From: Ferruginibacter sp.
GTDB lineage: Bacteria > Bacteroidota > Bacteroidia > Chitinophagales > Chitinophagaceae
Length of the DNA stretch: 64,000 nucleotides
Assembly (NCBI GenBank): GCA_035485735.1
Contig: DATHNS010000015.1
Coordinates: forward strand, 38,881 to 102,880
Reading direction: 5' to 3'
The number at the start of each line of letters is the position of its first letter. The first letter of the stretch is position 1. The notes below the pieces were generated by a model. The model did not search any database. It saw only the letters and a program-made list of their open reading frames with translations, and was not told the DNA's origin. Made by a program: the position numbers and the translations under genes. Shown here one piece after another: positions 47,231 to 57,538 of this stretch.

Positions 47231-49126
47231 ATGCTATTCAAAAAAACAACCTTCATTGTAATCTCCATATTATTAACCACTTTTTCATTTGCACAAAACA
47301 AGATGACACCAGAATTACTTTGGCAGCTCGGCCGTGTTACGGGCCTGGGCATATCAAAAGATGGCCAGCACATTTTATATAATGTTAGCACGCCGGATGT
47401 AGCAGAAAATAAATCAAACATAAAAAGTTATTCTATTCCGTTAACTGGCGGAGATCCTGTATTGGTGGATAAACCGGAAGATCTTTTAAAAAATAACAAA
47501 TTATCTCCTGACGGGAAACATATCCTCTCGGCTGGTGACGTAAAAGTAAAAAAAGTTTCGGGTGAAGATTATTATCCTGAACTTACTAAATCTAATGTGT
47601 ACATTATTGATAGCCTATACTATCGCCATTGGGATAAATGGATGGATGGAAAATTTAGTCACCTGCAGTTAGCCAGCTATGCAAATGGAAAAGCGGGAGA
47701 CACAACAGATCTGATGCCCGATGAACCATACAATGTTGATGATTTTATCTGGAGCAACGATGGAAAACAAATCATCTATTCCTGCAAAAAAAAATACGGC
47801 ACAGCCAATACGATCAGCACAAATACGGATATATATGCCTATGATCTAGCAAGCGGTAAAACAAGCAATCTTACCGAAGGCATGATGGGTTATGATGTTG
47901 CGCCATCCTTCAATAAACAAGGACAGCTGGCCTGGTTGAGCATGAAAAGAGATGGCTATGAATCTGATAAGAATGATATTGTGGTAGCGAATGGTTCATC
48001 TAAAATAAATCTTACCGCAGCAAGAGATGATATACATGTTGATAGTTATAAATGGGATGCAGACGGAAAGAAAATTTATTTTTTAGCTCCTGTCAATGGC
48101 ACATCGCAATTGTTTGAAGTGACTTATCCCGGCCTCACAAAAATGCTTCCGGTTGTAACACAAATTACAAAAGGTGATTTTGATATTGATGACATTATCG
48201 GCCAAAGCGGGAATACACTGATTGTTGGAAGGGAAGATATAAATCATGCAAAAGAATTATACAGTGTTCACCTTACAGATGGCTCCATGCAACAACTAAC
48301 GCATGTGAACACTGCTACTTATGCCACTATCGGATTATGCAAGACCGAAAGACGTTTTGTAAAAACGACCGATGGAAAAGATATGTTGGTCTGGATGATC
48401 TATCCACCCAATTTTGATTCAACAAAAAAATATCCTACCCTGCTTTATTGCCAGGGTGGCCCGCAGGTAGCATTGACACAATTTTATTCTTACCGCTGGA
48501 ATTTTCAATTGATGGCATCACAGGGATATATTGTAGTTGCCCCAAACCGCCGGGGAATGCCGGGACATGGTACGCAATGGAACGAACAGATCAGTAAAGA
48601 CTGGGGTGGACAAGTAATGCAGGATTACCTCAGCGCTATTGATGATGCAAGCAAAAAACCGTATGTAGATAAAAATCGTTTAGGATGTGTTGGTGCAAGC
48701 TATGGAGGTTTCTCTGTATTTTATTTGGCAGGCATCCATAACAATCGTTTTAAAACTTTTATTGCACACGACGGCGTTTTTGATTTCAGAAGTATGTATG
48801 GTACTACGGATGAAATGTTTTTTGAAAATTGGGAAAAAGGCGGCGCTTACTGGGAAAAGGACAATGCAGTTGCGCAACGCTCTTTCAGCCAGTCACCCAG
48901 CAATATGGTAGAAAAATGGAACACCCCGATCCTGATATTTCAGGGGGGCAAAGATTACCGTGTATCGATTGGCCAAGGACAGCAGGCATTTCAGGCTGCT
49001 CAGTTAAGAGGTATCAAAAGCAGGTTCATTTATTTCCCTGAAGAGAATCATTGGGTTTTAAGTCCGCAAAATGCATTGGTGTGGCAACATGAATTTTTTA
49101 AATGGCTCGATGAAACGCTGAAATAA
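47231..49126 (+). CDS. S9-family peptidase (DPP5-like)
   Basis: Signal peptide, propeller region, GGPQ, GASYGG, DYRV, FPEENHWVL. Confidence 0.93.
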   Translation: MLFKKTTFIVISILLTTFSFAQNKMTPELLWQLGRVTGLGISKDGQHILYNVSTPDVAENKSNIKSYSIPLTGGDPVLVDKPEDLLKNNKLSPDGKHILSAGDVKVKKVSGEDYYPELTKSNVYIIDSLYYRHWDKWMDGKFSHLQLASYANGKAGDTTDLMPDEPYNVDDFIWSNDGKQIIYSCKKKYGTANTISTNTDIYAYDLASGKTSNLTEGMMGYDVAPSFNKQGQLAWLSMKRDGYESDKNDIVVANGSSKINLTAARDDIHVDSYKWDADGKKIYFLAPVNGTSQLFEVTYPGLTKMLPVVTQITKGDFDIDDIIGQSGNTLIVGREDINHAKELYSVHLTDGSMQQLTHVNTATYATIGLCKTERRFVKTTDGKDMLVWMIYPPNFDSTKKYPTLLYCQGGPQVALTQFYSYRWNFQLMASQGYIVVAPNRRGMPGHGTQWNEQISKDWGGQVMQDYLSAIDDASKKPYVDKNRLGCVGASYGGFSVFYLAGIHNNRFKTFIAHDGVFDFRSMYGTTDEMFFENWEKGGAYWEKDNAVAQRSFSQSPSNMVEKWNTPILIFQGGKDYRVSIGQGQQAFQAAQLRGIKSRFIYFPEENHWVLSPQNALVWQHEFFKWLDETLK

Positions 49127-49127
49127 T

Positions 49128-49847
49128 ATGATGACCTTTACTAACAAAATTTTCAGGATGAAAAAAAGATCCATTATAGTTCTGTTACTGCTTTTTGCTA
49201 TCGTTAGCAATAGTTATTCGCAAAAGAAAATATATAAACCGAATTATAAAAAAATAGAAAAGGCCATAAAGAAAAAAAGATCTAATACATTTTATCCAAA
49301 GTTGCTGGACAGGTATCAAAATAATGATACCTCTTTAACTGATGAAGACTACACTTTATTAGTTTATGGCGCCATATCTCAACCTGGGTACTCGCCATAC
49401 GGCGGATCTTATTATTCAGATTCCACCGCAAAAATATTTCAGCAGACCTCGCTTACATTGGCAGATTATTACCAGGCCATTTATTACGAGAATATAGGCT
49501 TACAACAAAATCCATTTAGTTTACGCGACCTGAACATACTAGCCTACTCTTACAGCAAAACAGGTAGCGATAGCCTGGCAAATCTGATCAATTACAAAAA
49601 AGAAAAAGTAATTAAAACGATATTATCAACAGGCGACGGCAAGACGGAAGAAACGGGTTTTTATATAATTACAGTCAGCCAGGAATATGACATATTGCAA
49701 ATTTTAGGCTTTGATTTTTCAGGGGAACAAACATTAACAAAAACAGGCTGTGATTACCTGGCCGTTAAAGAAAACAAATATGGCATCAAGGGCCTCTTTT
49801 TCGACGTAAATAAAATACTGGAAGCTGAAAGTAAATTGCTGCATTAA
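49128..49847 (+). CDS. DUF4919-like exported protein
   Basis: YPKLLDRY...DTSL...DY..L.YG, ILSTGDG...ETGFY.I.VSQEY; alternative start 49158. Confidence 0.7.
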   Translation: MMTFTNKIFRMKKRSIIVLLLLFAIVSNSYSQKKIYKPNYKKIEKAIKKKRSNTFYPKLLDRYQNNDTSLTDEDYTLLVYGAISQPGYSPYGGSYYSDSTAKIFQQTSLTLADYYQAIYYENIGLQQNPFSLRDLNILAYSYSKTGSDSLANLINYKKEKVIKTILSTGDGKTEETGFYIITVSQEYDILQILGFDFSGEQTLTKTGCDYLAVKENKYGIKGLFFDVNKILEAESKLLH

Positions 49848-49965
49848 TGATCCAGGTCAGAATCGGAACTCTTTTAAACTTGGTAACATTAAAATAATGC
49901 AACTCAATCGCTCCCTCATTTCCGTCATACTATCTTTGATCGAACGTTTACATTAAAAATAGAGT

Positions 49966-50379
49966 ATGAAATGGCCATTAATTTTTCTGTTATCGCTGTT
50001 TGGTTTAGTAATGGCTTTTGGAACCGTTTATTTTATTCCGTTCGAGATTGAACCTTTTTGCTGGATAGCGATCTTTATTGTATCTGCTTTTATTATTGCC
50101 AAGTATTGCACGGAAAAATATTTTTTAAACGGGTTCGCGGTAAGCATTGTAAATGCAGTATGGATGACAGTACTACACCTTTCTTTTTTTACCACTTATA
50201 CAACCAGCCACGGAAAAGAAATGGAGATAATGCAATATTTTCCCATGCCTGATGATCCGCAATTAATGATGTTTTTTATGGGAATAATCTCGGGAGCAAC
50301 ATCGGGCTTATTGTTAGGACTGCTTTCGTTGGCTATTGCAACATTTATCAAAAAGAAAAGAGTGGTTATCACCCTTTAA
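49966..50379 (+). CDS. Hypothetical 4-TM membrane protein
   Basis: Four hydrophobic segments; TATCTTTG upstream. Confidence 0.7.
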   Translation: MKWPLIFLLSLFGLVMAFGTVYFIPFEIEPFCWIAIFIVSAFIIAKYCTEKYFLNGFAVSIVNAVWMTVLHLSFFTTYTTSHGKEMEIMQYFPMPDDPQLMMFFMGIISGATSGLLLGLLSLAIATFIKKKRVVITL

Positions 50380-50473
50380 CTATTACAGCAGGCACACAAC
50401 TGTGCGCGGTATAGGGATGATGGATCATTTTAGCTATTATTTAGTACGATATATACACTATAAAGATGGATAA

Positions 50474-50812
50474 CTAGAACCGGTTACGATCATTGCGATC
50501 GCGATTATTATTGTAACCACCTCCACCTGAATTACCTCCGCGAAAACCACCCTGTCCGCCGGTAGGTTTAGCACGTTCTTCAGCTTCTTTAACAACCATC
50601 GGTTTTTTACCCAATGAAATATCATTTAAATTTTCAATAGCATCTTTAGCTTCGGCGCTATTAGGCATATCTACAAATGCAAACCCTTTACTTTTACCCG
50701 TTTCTTTATCCATGGCAACCTTGGCTGAATTCACTACGCCAAATTTTTCAAAAATCTCTTCCAATTCAGCGTCATCTAAATCATAAGGTAAACCGGCAAC
50801 AAAAATAATCAT
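50474..50812 (-). CDS. RRM RNA-binding protein with Gly-rich tail
   Basis: IFVAGL (RNP2), KGFAFVDM (RNP1), DKETGKS. Confidence 0.95.
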   Translation of the reverse strand: MIIFVAGLPYDLDDAELEEIFEKFGVVNSAKVAMDKETGKSKGFAFVDMPNSAEAKDAIENLNDISLGKKPMVVKEAEERAKPTGGQGGFRGGNSGGGGYNNNRDRNDRNRF

Positions 50813-51069
50813 ACACCTATTTTTTTGTAAATGTAAGCAACTTCCCGTGTATTCTTTCCATAGAAATTATACATTTTAAATGAAATTTATAGCATTAAAA
50901 AAGGGAGTTGCCCTTGCATAAAAACCAAATTAAGGCTAGCGGTACAATTCATCCTATAATGAATACCGCTCATAATATTCTGCTCGTAAAAGCGATAATT
51001 TATAAAAGTAATTATTAGCTTTAAATATAAACACAGCACGGAATTTGTTACATAACCCCAAAAAGCAAT

Positions 51070-51981
51070 ATGAAAAATAATTTTTCTCATCTAAAAAGAG
51101 CATGGATATTAATTTCTATGTCTTTATTATTGATATGTGCAAGCAATGAATTTGCAACAGCCCAAAGAGGCGGAGGCCGTGGTGGCGGTGGCGGCGGTGG
51201 AAGTCGTGGTGGTGGTGGCCAGATGAGGTCTTCAGGTGGCGGAGGACAAATGAGATCTGGCGGAGGAAGGCCCGCAAGTGTGGCGCCAAGGCCATCTGGC
51301 GGACAAATGAGATCAAGCGGTGCAAGGCCGGGTGGATACAGGCCAGTGGGCGGAGGAGCCAGACCAGGCATCAGACCGGGCGGTGGTTACCATAGAGCTC
51401 CGGGTGGTTATAGGCCAGGCAGGCCGCCGGCTTTTCACAGGCCTTTTGTTTCTTATCATCGCCCTGCATATGGCCGTGCTCCATACATTTGGGGAGGCAG
51501 GCGCTTCTATAGCTACAATCCATATTTTTACCACCCATACCATCCCTATTTTTACGGATCATTCTTTCATCCTATAGGATTTTTTATGGGCTCGCTAGCA
51601 GCTACTGCGATCATTCTTAGTGTTGATGGTCAGGATTATAATTATGACCAGGGAGTCTATTATCAACGCAATGATAATGGTTATGTAGCTGTGGCACCGC
51701 CTGTGGGTGCCCATATTCCGAATCTCCCTGATGGTTACGCCACTGTTGCACTATCAGGCAGTACATTTTATTATTATGCCGGTACTTTTTATATTGATAA
51801 TGGTACCGATTATGAAGTGGTAGATGCTCCAGCGGGCGCAGTTGTATACGACCTGCCCGATGGATGTACCACTGTAAATGCAGGTAGTATTACTTATTTC
51901 CAATATAATAATACCTTGTTTCAACCCATCGTTATCAATGGCACCAATGCTTACGAAGTAGTGGAAGCACAACAACAATAA
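51070..51981 (+). CDS. Secreted Gly/Arg/Pro-rich protein with DUF6515-like C-terminal domain
   Basis: Signal peptide, RGG/RPGG low-complexity region, YV.VAPPVGA...LPDGY..V, V.APAGA.V..LPDG. Confidence 0.75.
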   Translation: MKNNFSHLKRAWILISMSLLLICASNEFATAQRGGGRGGGGGGGSRGGGGQMRSSGGGGQMRSGGGRPASVAPRPSGGQMRSSGARPGGYRPVGGGARPGIRPGGGYHRAPGGYRPGRPPAFHRPFVSYHRPAYGRAPYIWGGRRFYSYNPYFYHPYHPYFYGSFFHPIGFFMGSLAATAIILSVDGQDYNYDQGVYYQRNDNGYVAVAPPVGAHIPNLPDGYATVALSGSTFYYYAGTFYIDNGTDYEVVDAPAGAVVYDLPDGCTTVNAGSITYFQYNNTLFQPIVINGTNAYEVVEAQQQ

Positions 51982-52005
51982 TATTTATATTTCTTATTCA
52001 GAATT

Positions 52006-52043
52006 AAAAACAGAGCCTTCCTTTTTGGAAGGTTTTGTTTTTT
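52006..52043 (+). terminator. Terminator after the RGG-rich gene
   Basis: AAAAACAGAGCCTTCC-TTTTT-GGAAGGTTTTGTTTTT. Confidence 0.8.
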
Positions 52044-52098
52044 AAAATAAGCAGGGCATGTTTACTGACTATTCAAAAAATAGTTGCACTAATATCTT

Positions 52099-52106
52099 TA
52101 CATTTG
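52099..52106 (+). promoter_or_regulatory. -7 element for the hddC-gmhB genes
   Basis: TACATTTG 16 nt before the ATG. Confidence 0.65.
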
Positions 52107-52122
52107 TCGCAATTATTACTGG

Positions 52123-52821
52123 ATGATAAAAGAAGCCGTTATACTAGCAGGAGGATTGGGCACAAGGTTACGATCGGTAGTAGCTGAATTGCCAAAATGC
52201 ATGGCAAATGTTGCAGGAAAACCATTCATTTATTATGTGGTGAAACAACTTCAAAATCAAGGTATTGAAAAATTCATTTTTTCTCTTGGGTATAAACATG
52301 AAGTAATTGAAGCATACATCAACACCGAATTTGCAGCGATCCATGCACAGTTTGTAATTGAAAATGAACCGCTAGGCACTGGCGGGGCTATACAATTAGC
52401 CTGCAGAAAAACTACGACAAAAGATGTATTGGTACTGAATGGCGATACCATGTTTTCAATCGACGTACAAAAACTGGCGGCAGCGCATACTTCATTCGTT
52501 GCTGATTGTACACTGAGCCTGAAACCCATGGAGCATTTCGACCGATATGGTGTTGTAGAATTAAATAAGGACCATACCATTGCTTCTTTCAAAGAAAAAC
52601 AGTTTTACGAAAAAGGGTTGATAAACGGAGGTGTCTATGCATTGCAAACAGAAAATTTTCTTCAAAAACAATTACCAGAAAAGTTTTCTTTTGAAAAAGA
52701 TTATCTCGAAAAATATTTTATCGACCACAAGATGTATGGGGACATACAAGATGAATATTTCATTGATATAGGAATTCCTGAAGATTATCAAAGAGCGCAA
52801 ATAGAATTTGAAAAATGGTAA
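52123..52821 (+). CDS. Sugar-phosphate nucleotidyltransferase, HddC-like
   Basis: LAGGLGTRL, PKCMA, EPLGTGGA, LNGDT, FSFEKD, FIDIG.PEDY. Confidence 0.85.
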   Translation: MIKEAVILAGGLGTRLRSVVAELPKCMANVAGKPFIYYVVKQLQNQGIEKFIFSLGYKHEVIEAYINTEFAAIHAQFVIENEPLGTGGAIQLACRKTTTKDVLVLNGDTMFSIDVQKLAAAHTSFVADCTLSLKPMEHFDRYGVVELNKDHTIASFKEKQFYEKGLINGGVYALQTENFLQKQLPEKFSFEKDYLEKYFIDHKMYGDIQDEYFIDIGIPEDYQRAQIEFEKW

Positions 52822-52834
52822 ATGGTAAATTATA
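52814..52834. repeat. Short AATGGTA-family array supplying the stop codon of the HddC-like gene
   Basis: AATGGTA AATGGTA AATTATA; AAA TGG TAA = K-W-stop. Confidence 0.7.
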
Positions 52835-52837
52835 CAA

Positions 52838-53386
52838 ATGTTTGATTTAAAGAAAATTGACAAAACCTGGACATTATTTTTAGACCGTGACGGTGTGATC
52901 AATCACGAGAAACATCAGGATTATGTTCATACCTGGGATGAATTTATTTTTTACGATGGCGTAAAAGAAGCGATCAAAATATTTGCTGCGAAATTTAAAT
53001 ACATCATCATTATTACCAATCAAAAAGGTGTTGGTAAAGGGCTGACCAAGCTAGAGAACCTGCATATCATTCACGATAATATGCGGAACGAAATAGCTGC
53101 GGCAGGAGGTAAAATAGATAAAATTTATTTTTGTCCTGATCTTAATGAAACAAGTCCTAACCGAAAACCCAATCCCGGCATGGGTTTGCAGGCTGTAAAA
53201 GATTTCAAGGACATTGATCTTTCCAAAGCCATCATGGTAGGCAACACGATCAGCGATATGGAGTTTGGCCGTAACCTTGGTGTAAATACTATCTTCCTTC
53301 CTACTACAAGACCTGAAGTTAGTCTGACCGATAAACGTATTGACGCTAGTTATACCTCGTTGTTTGCTTTTGCAGAAGCATTATAA
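52838..53386 (+). CDS. gmhB: D,D-heptose-1,7-bisphosphate phosphatase-like HAD-IIIA
   Basis: FLDRDGVIN, ITNQKGVG, IYFCP, RKPNPGM, MVGN..SD.EFG. Confidence 0.8.
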   Translation: MFDLKKIDKTWTLFLDRDGVINHEKHQDYVHTWDEFIFYDGVKEAIKIFAAKFKYIIIITNQKGVGKGLTKLENLHIIHDNMRNEIAAAGGKIDKIYFCPDLNETSPNRKPNPGMGLQAVKDFKDIDLSKAIMVGNTISDMEFGRNLGVNTIFLPTTRPEVSLTDKRIDASYTSLFAFAEAL

Positions 53387-53458
53387 TCATTCGTTAAAAT
53401 TTGGCCTGCCAAAACAATTATTCTACCTATTTATAAAAGTATTAGTTACATTTAATGT

Positions 53459-54382
53459 ATGAAGAAACTGCTTTTACTAACGCTACTTTCGATCGGCTGC
53501 TCAATAGGATTCTCACAAACGTTCACTAAAAGTGACCTTGAATTTTTGCAAAAAAAAGAAGATTCACTAAAACTATATTCGATAAAACTATTGCAAGGCA
53601 TTAATGATATAGATCGTTTTACCGCTGACAGTATTTTCACCAGGGTATTTGTAAGAGCCTTGAAAACAACCAATTCATTTTACTATCCTTTTGATTCCAT
53701 ACAAACTGTTTCGAAACTATACGCGCCGGATAGTAGTTTCAGGATATATACCTGGCAGATGGTGGTGAATGATAATATCGTTCGTCAGCATGGGGCAATA
53801 CAAATGAGAACGGAAGATGGCTCTCTTAAGCTGTTTCCATTAATAGATAAATCAGACATCATGCAAAATATGAGCGACAGCATTGGTGATAACAAAGGCT
53901 GGGCAGGTGCCGTATATTATAAGATAATTGAAAAAGAAAATAACGGACAAAACATTTACACCTTACTTGGCTATGATGAAAACAATATCAGAAGTACAAA
54001 AAAAATAATTGAAATATTACAATTTGTATATGGGCAACCCGTATTTGGTGCTCCCGAATTTAGTTTTGAAAAAGATTCTGTTGCACGAGCTCCTATTAAC
54101 CGCTATATAATGGAATTCAAAAAAGATGCGGGCGCAAGACTTACCTATGACGATGACATGCAAATGATCATCTTTGAGCATCTTGTATCAGAAACCAATG
54201 AACCCAGAAAAAAATGGACGCTGATTGGTGATGGAGATTATGAAGGTTTTAAATGGGTAGATGGGAAATGGTTACATATAGAAAAAGTATTTACACAAGT
54301 AACGCCGGATGGACAAGCTCCTCTTCCTAAGCCGGTAAATGGTGGTGGCAACCTCTTGGAAGATAAGCTGCCAAAACAATAG
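53459..54382 (+). CDS. Conserved hypothetical exported protein
   Basis: Signal peptide; FYYPFDS, RIYTWQ, W.GAVYY.II, TLLGYD, IFEHL. Confidence 0.75.
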   Translation: MKKLLLLTLLSIGCSIGFSQTFTKSDLEFLQKKEDSLKLYSIKLLQGINDIDRFTADSIFTRVFVRALKTTNSFYYPFDSIQTVSKLYAPDSSFRIYTWQMVVNDNIVRQHGAIQMRTEDGSLKLFPLIDKSDIMQNMSDSIGDNKGWAGAVYYKIIEKENNGQNIYTLLGYDENNIRSTKKIIEILQFVYGQPVFGAPEFSFEKDSVARAPINRYIMEFKKDAGARLTYDDDMQMIIFEHLVSETNEPRKKWTLIGDGDYEGFKWVDGKWLHIEKVFTQVTPDGQAPLPKPVNGGGNLLEDKLPKQ

Positions 54383-54393
54383 AAAATTTTATC

Positions 54394-55452
54394 CTATTTT
54401 TTAAATGATCTGATAAAATCGATTGCAGCCAAATCAAATTGCGGCCCTTCGTTAAATAAAAACGAGTGCTGCACAGGAATAACATAGATCGGAAAATATT
54501 CCAGCTCGGTCTTAAATTTTTGCAGGCGAACTGCATCCTTCTCTGTAGTCAAAATAATTTTATTATCAGGAGCTATCTTTTTGAAATGTGCTTTTATATC
54601 TTCCAGATCGTCAATTTGAAAGATATGATGATCGGCATACCGTAACATATCATAAGTGCTTACTGATCTTGTCAACAATTCTTTTAACGGCTGAGGATTG
54701 GCTATACCCGTGATCAGCAATACACTTGTATTGGCACTGATCATTTTTTCTTCTTTAGAAAAAAGATGATACGGTTTCCCGTATACGGTTGTTGTAAAAA
54801 AAACCTGCTGCGCTGCGATTGCTTTTACTTCATGGCTGATCTTATTTTTTTCTTCTATAGTAACAGTATCGGGGCATTTTGTAATGACAATGATATCCGC
54901 CCGTTTGATACTCACTTTTACATCTCGCAGATCGCCGGCAGGAAACATAAAATCTCTTGTATACAAATTCCCATATTCTGTTAACACAATATTTAATCCC
55001 GCTCTAACATGCCGGTGTTGAAAAGCATCATCCAAAATAATAACCTGTGTGCCGGGTTTGCTATGTAATAATTGAGGAATGGCCACTAATCTTTCTTCGC
55101 CAACTGTAACTGTTACATCGGGAAATTTTTGATGGAACTGCATTGGCTCATCCCCTATCTCCAGCGCAGTTGTATTTTCATCCGCAATAGCAAATCCTTT
55201 CGTCTTTCTTTTATAACCCCGACTAAGTGTAGCAGTCGCATATTCTTTTTTTAATAAACGGATCAGGTATTCAACCATGGGTGTTTTCCCCGTTCCGCCA
55301 ACAGCAAGGTTACCGATGCATATAATAGGAAAATTGAAGGAACTTGATCGTAGTATATTTTTATCAAACAGCCAGTTTCTTAGCCAAACTATACCTCCGT
55401 AAATAAGAGAAAAAGGAAGCAATAAATAACGAAAGCTTTTAAGCATCAGCAA
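54394..55452 (-). CDS. lpxK: Tetraacyldisaccharide 4'-kinase
   Basis: IGNLAVGGTGKTP, LSRGY, GDEP, LDDAFQHR, PAGDLR, TTEKDAVR. Confidence 0.97.
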   Translation of the reverse strand: MLMLKSFRYLLLPFSLIYGGIVWLRNWLFDKNILRSSSFNFPIICIGNLAVGGTGKTPMVEYLIRLLKKEYATATLSRGYKRKTKGFAIADENTTALEIGDEPMQFHQKFPDVTVTVGEERLVAIPQLLHSKPGTQVIILDDAFQHRHVRAGLNIVLTEYGNLYTRDFMFPAGDLRDVKVSIKRADIIVITKCPDTVTIEEKNKISHEVKAIAAQQVFFTTTVYGKPYHLFSKEEKMISANTSVLLITGIANPQPLKELLTRSVSTYDMLRYADHHIFQIDDLEDIKAHFKKIAPDNKIILTTEKDAVRLQKFKTELEYFPIYVIPVQHSFLFNEGPQFDLAAIDFIRSFKK

Positions 55453-55461
55453 ATTAATTTA

Positions 55462-56037
55462 TCAATTGGTGAAATCGTATATTTTATCAGGCGTAACGCA
55501 ATGGTCCAACTTAATATCATAACCATCTGCATCTTCAATTACATCGACCGGTCCAAAATAACTTAATCCAACCTTTACTACATTCTTATTACAGTCGGCT
55601 AAAAACCTATCGTAGAAGCCTTTGCCATAACCTACCCTGTATCCTCTGGCATCAAATGCGACCAACGGTACCAGTACCATATCAATATCTGCAGAAGGAA
55701 TTGCTGCTGCTGCAACAGGCTCTGTTATTCCATAAGCATTTTCACTAAACTCAGTATCATCATCCGTAAGCATTGCGGTCATTTTATTGGTAATAAAATT
55801 ACTTACCGGATAAGCAATTCGTATCCCCGGATTTCGAAAGGCAATAAAATCAGTAATGGTATGCGTGTTGATCTCCTTCATTGCCGCCATGGGCCAGTAG
55901 CTCAACAGCACCTGTAAATAAGGCAATGATAATTTTTGAAATTGTATCAACAGCAGATCATCCAGCTTTTCTTTTTCTGAATGAGAAAGCTGAAGGCGTT
56001 TTTCTTTATAAATTTTACGAATCTCCTGTTTTAGCAT
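55462..56037 (-). CDS. 5-formyltetrahydrofolate cyclo-ligase
   Basis: EIRK..K.KR, YGI.EP, LVPLVAFDARGYRVGYGKGFYDRFL. Confidence 0.95.
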   Translation of the reverse strand: MLKQEIRKIYKEKRLQLSHSEKEKLDDLLLIQFQKLSLPYLQVLLSYWPMAAMKEINTHTITDFIAFRNPGIRIAYPVSNFITNKMTAMLTDDDTEFSENAYGITEPVAAAAIPSADIDMVLVPLVAFDARGYRVGYGKGFYDRFLADCNKNVVKVGLSYFGPVDVIEDADGYDIKLDHCVTPDKIYDFTN

Positions 56038-56092
56038 TCTTTTTTAAAAATGGATAATTGATAATGGTATAAAAAACGAACGGCTTGTTTGA

Positions 56093-56638
56093 TTATCCAA
56101 TATTATTAATAAAGATAGAAAAGATTGTGGTACCGTAGTTACGTTCCGTTTTGTAATGGGGGAATTTTTTATAATCGTTTCTTGGCGTGTGTTCCAATAT
56201 GAACCAGCCTTTGGGTTGTAACAGCCCCTTTTCAAAAATAAGCTTAGGCAATTCATCTATTGTACCTAAAGCATATGGCGGCCCTGCAAAAATAAAATCA
56301 TATTGTTCTTTACAAGTTTCTATATATTTAAACACATCTGATTTTATTAATTTAAAATTTTCGAAGCCTAACTCTGCTGCTGTTTTCTTAATAAAATCAT
56401 ACATCTGGCTATCTTTCTCAATAATCGTTAGGTCTTCAACGCCCCTGCTCGCTAATTCATAACTGATACAGCCAGTACCACCAAAAAGATCAAGCGTTTT
56501 TAATGTATCTATTTCCAGGTTATTTTGTATAACATTGAAGAGGCCTTCTTTGGCGATATCTGTAGTGGGCCTTGTATACGGCATTTTTGCAGGCGGATTT
56601 ATCTTTCTGCCACCATGTATACCACTTATTATACGCAT
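56093..56638 (-). CDS. rsmD: 16S rRNA m2G966 methyltransferase-like
   Basis: MRIISG, RPTTD..KEGLFN, LDLFGGTG, GPPY. Confidence 0.9.
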   Translation of the reverse strand: MRIISGIHGGRKINPPAKMPYTRPTTDIAKEGLFNVIQNNLEIDTLKTLDLFGGTGCISYELASRGVEDLTIIEKDSQMYDFIKKTAAELGFENFKLIKSDVFKYIETCKEQYDFIFAGPPYALGTIDELPKLIFEKGLLQPKGWFILEHTPRNDYKKFPHYKTERNYGTTIFSIFINNIG

Positions 56639-57456
56639 GAAACCGTAGCAAATAAATGACTGAAAAAATGAGCGGGGTATTCTTTTATCGCAGTTGAATA
56701 GTCAAACGTTTCGGGTAATCCAGCAAATTCGATTTGCGGAAAGTAGCCATCTATTTCTTTAAAAAGATTAGACTCTTTTTCCAGGATACCATTCACATGC
56801 AAAACAACATCATTAACGGTGATCGTAAAACTCTGGCAGATACCTAATAAATAATAGGCAACATCTTCCGGTGTTTTATATTTAAAATTCTGAACGATCT
56901 GTAGTTTCCCTTCTTTCAACAGCATGGCTGTTATATCATGATCGCCGAAAATAGTATATAAATGATTTCCTCCGGCCTTAATAATATCAGGCAATACAGA
57001 ATATTGATGTGTAATTGTAGCCAGCGGAAATTTCATACTCAAAATAGAGTTGACCAATCGTGGCACTTCATAGATATTACACAGATCGTGATTGAACTTC
57101 AGATCGTTCTTTAAAACATTATCCTGGCGATCGCCATACACCAATTCAAACATCGCTTTATTGGCAGTATTATTATGATAGTGATAGGGAATCAGAAGAG
57201 ACATAGCAAAAGCTACGACAACATCTACTTTTTTAAAATCATTTTGCAATAAAGTATCCTTAGCAAAAATATCTTTAAGAAAAGAAACCAATGTAAGCTC
57301 ATTTATGCCCGGTGGAAAATCATAGCTTACCAAAGCATTAATTTTATTACCCTCGCCTATGGCTATAAATGAAACAGCAGCATAACTCAGTTGCACAAAC
57401 AAGGAATTACCGCTTGTATCTGTACCCGATAATTGTATATTGAACTTTGGATCCAC
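56629..57456 (-). CDS. DUF3822-like protein
   Basis: Directly upstream of rsmD with a 10-nt overlap; QIVQNF.Y.TPED..YY. Confidence 0.7.
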   Translation of the reverse strand: MDPKFNIQLSGTDTSGNSLFVQLSYAAVSFIAIGEGNKINALVSYDFPPGINELTLVSFLKDIFAKDTLLQNDFKKVDVVVAFAMSLLIPYHYHNNTANKAMFELVYGDRQDNVLKNDLKFNHDLCNIYEVPRLVNSILSMKFPLATITHQYSVLPDIIKAGGNHLYTIFGDHDITAMLLKEGKLQIVQNFKYKTPEDVAYYLLGICQSFTITVNDVVLHVNGILEKESNLFKEIDGYFPQIEFAGLPETFDYSTAIKEYPAHFFSHLFATVSCV

Positions 57457-57538
57457 AAGTAATGATTTCGACTGGCAAAATAAACTAATTTACCCGACTT
57501 TATGGTGGCTGAGATATAAATAAAAATTTAATTATCCC

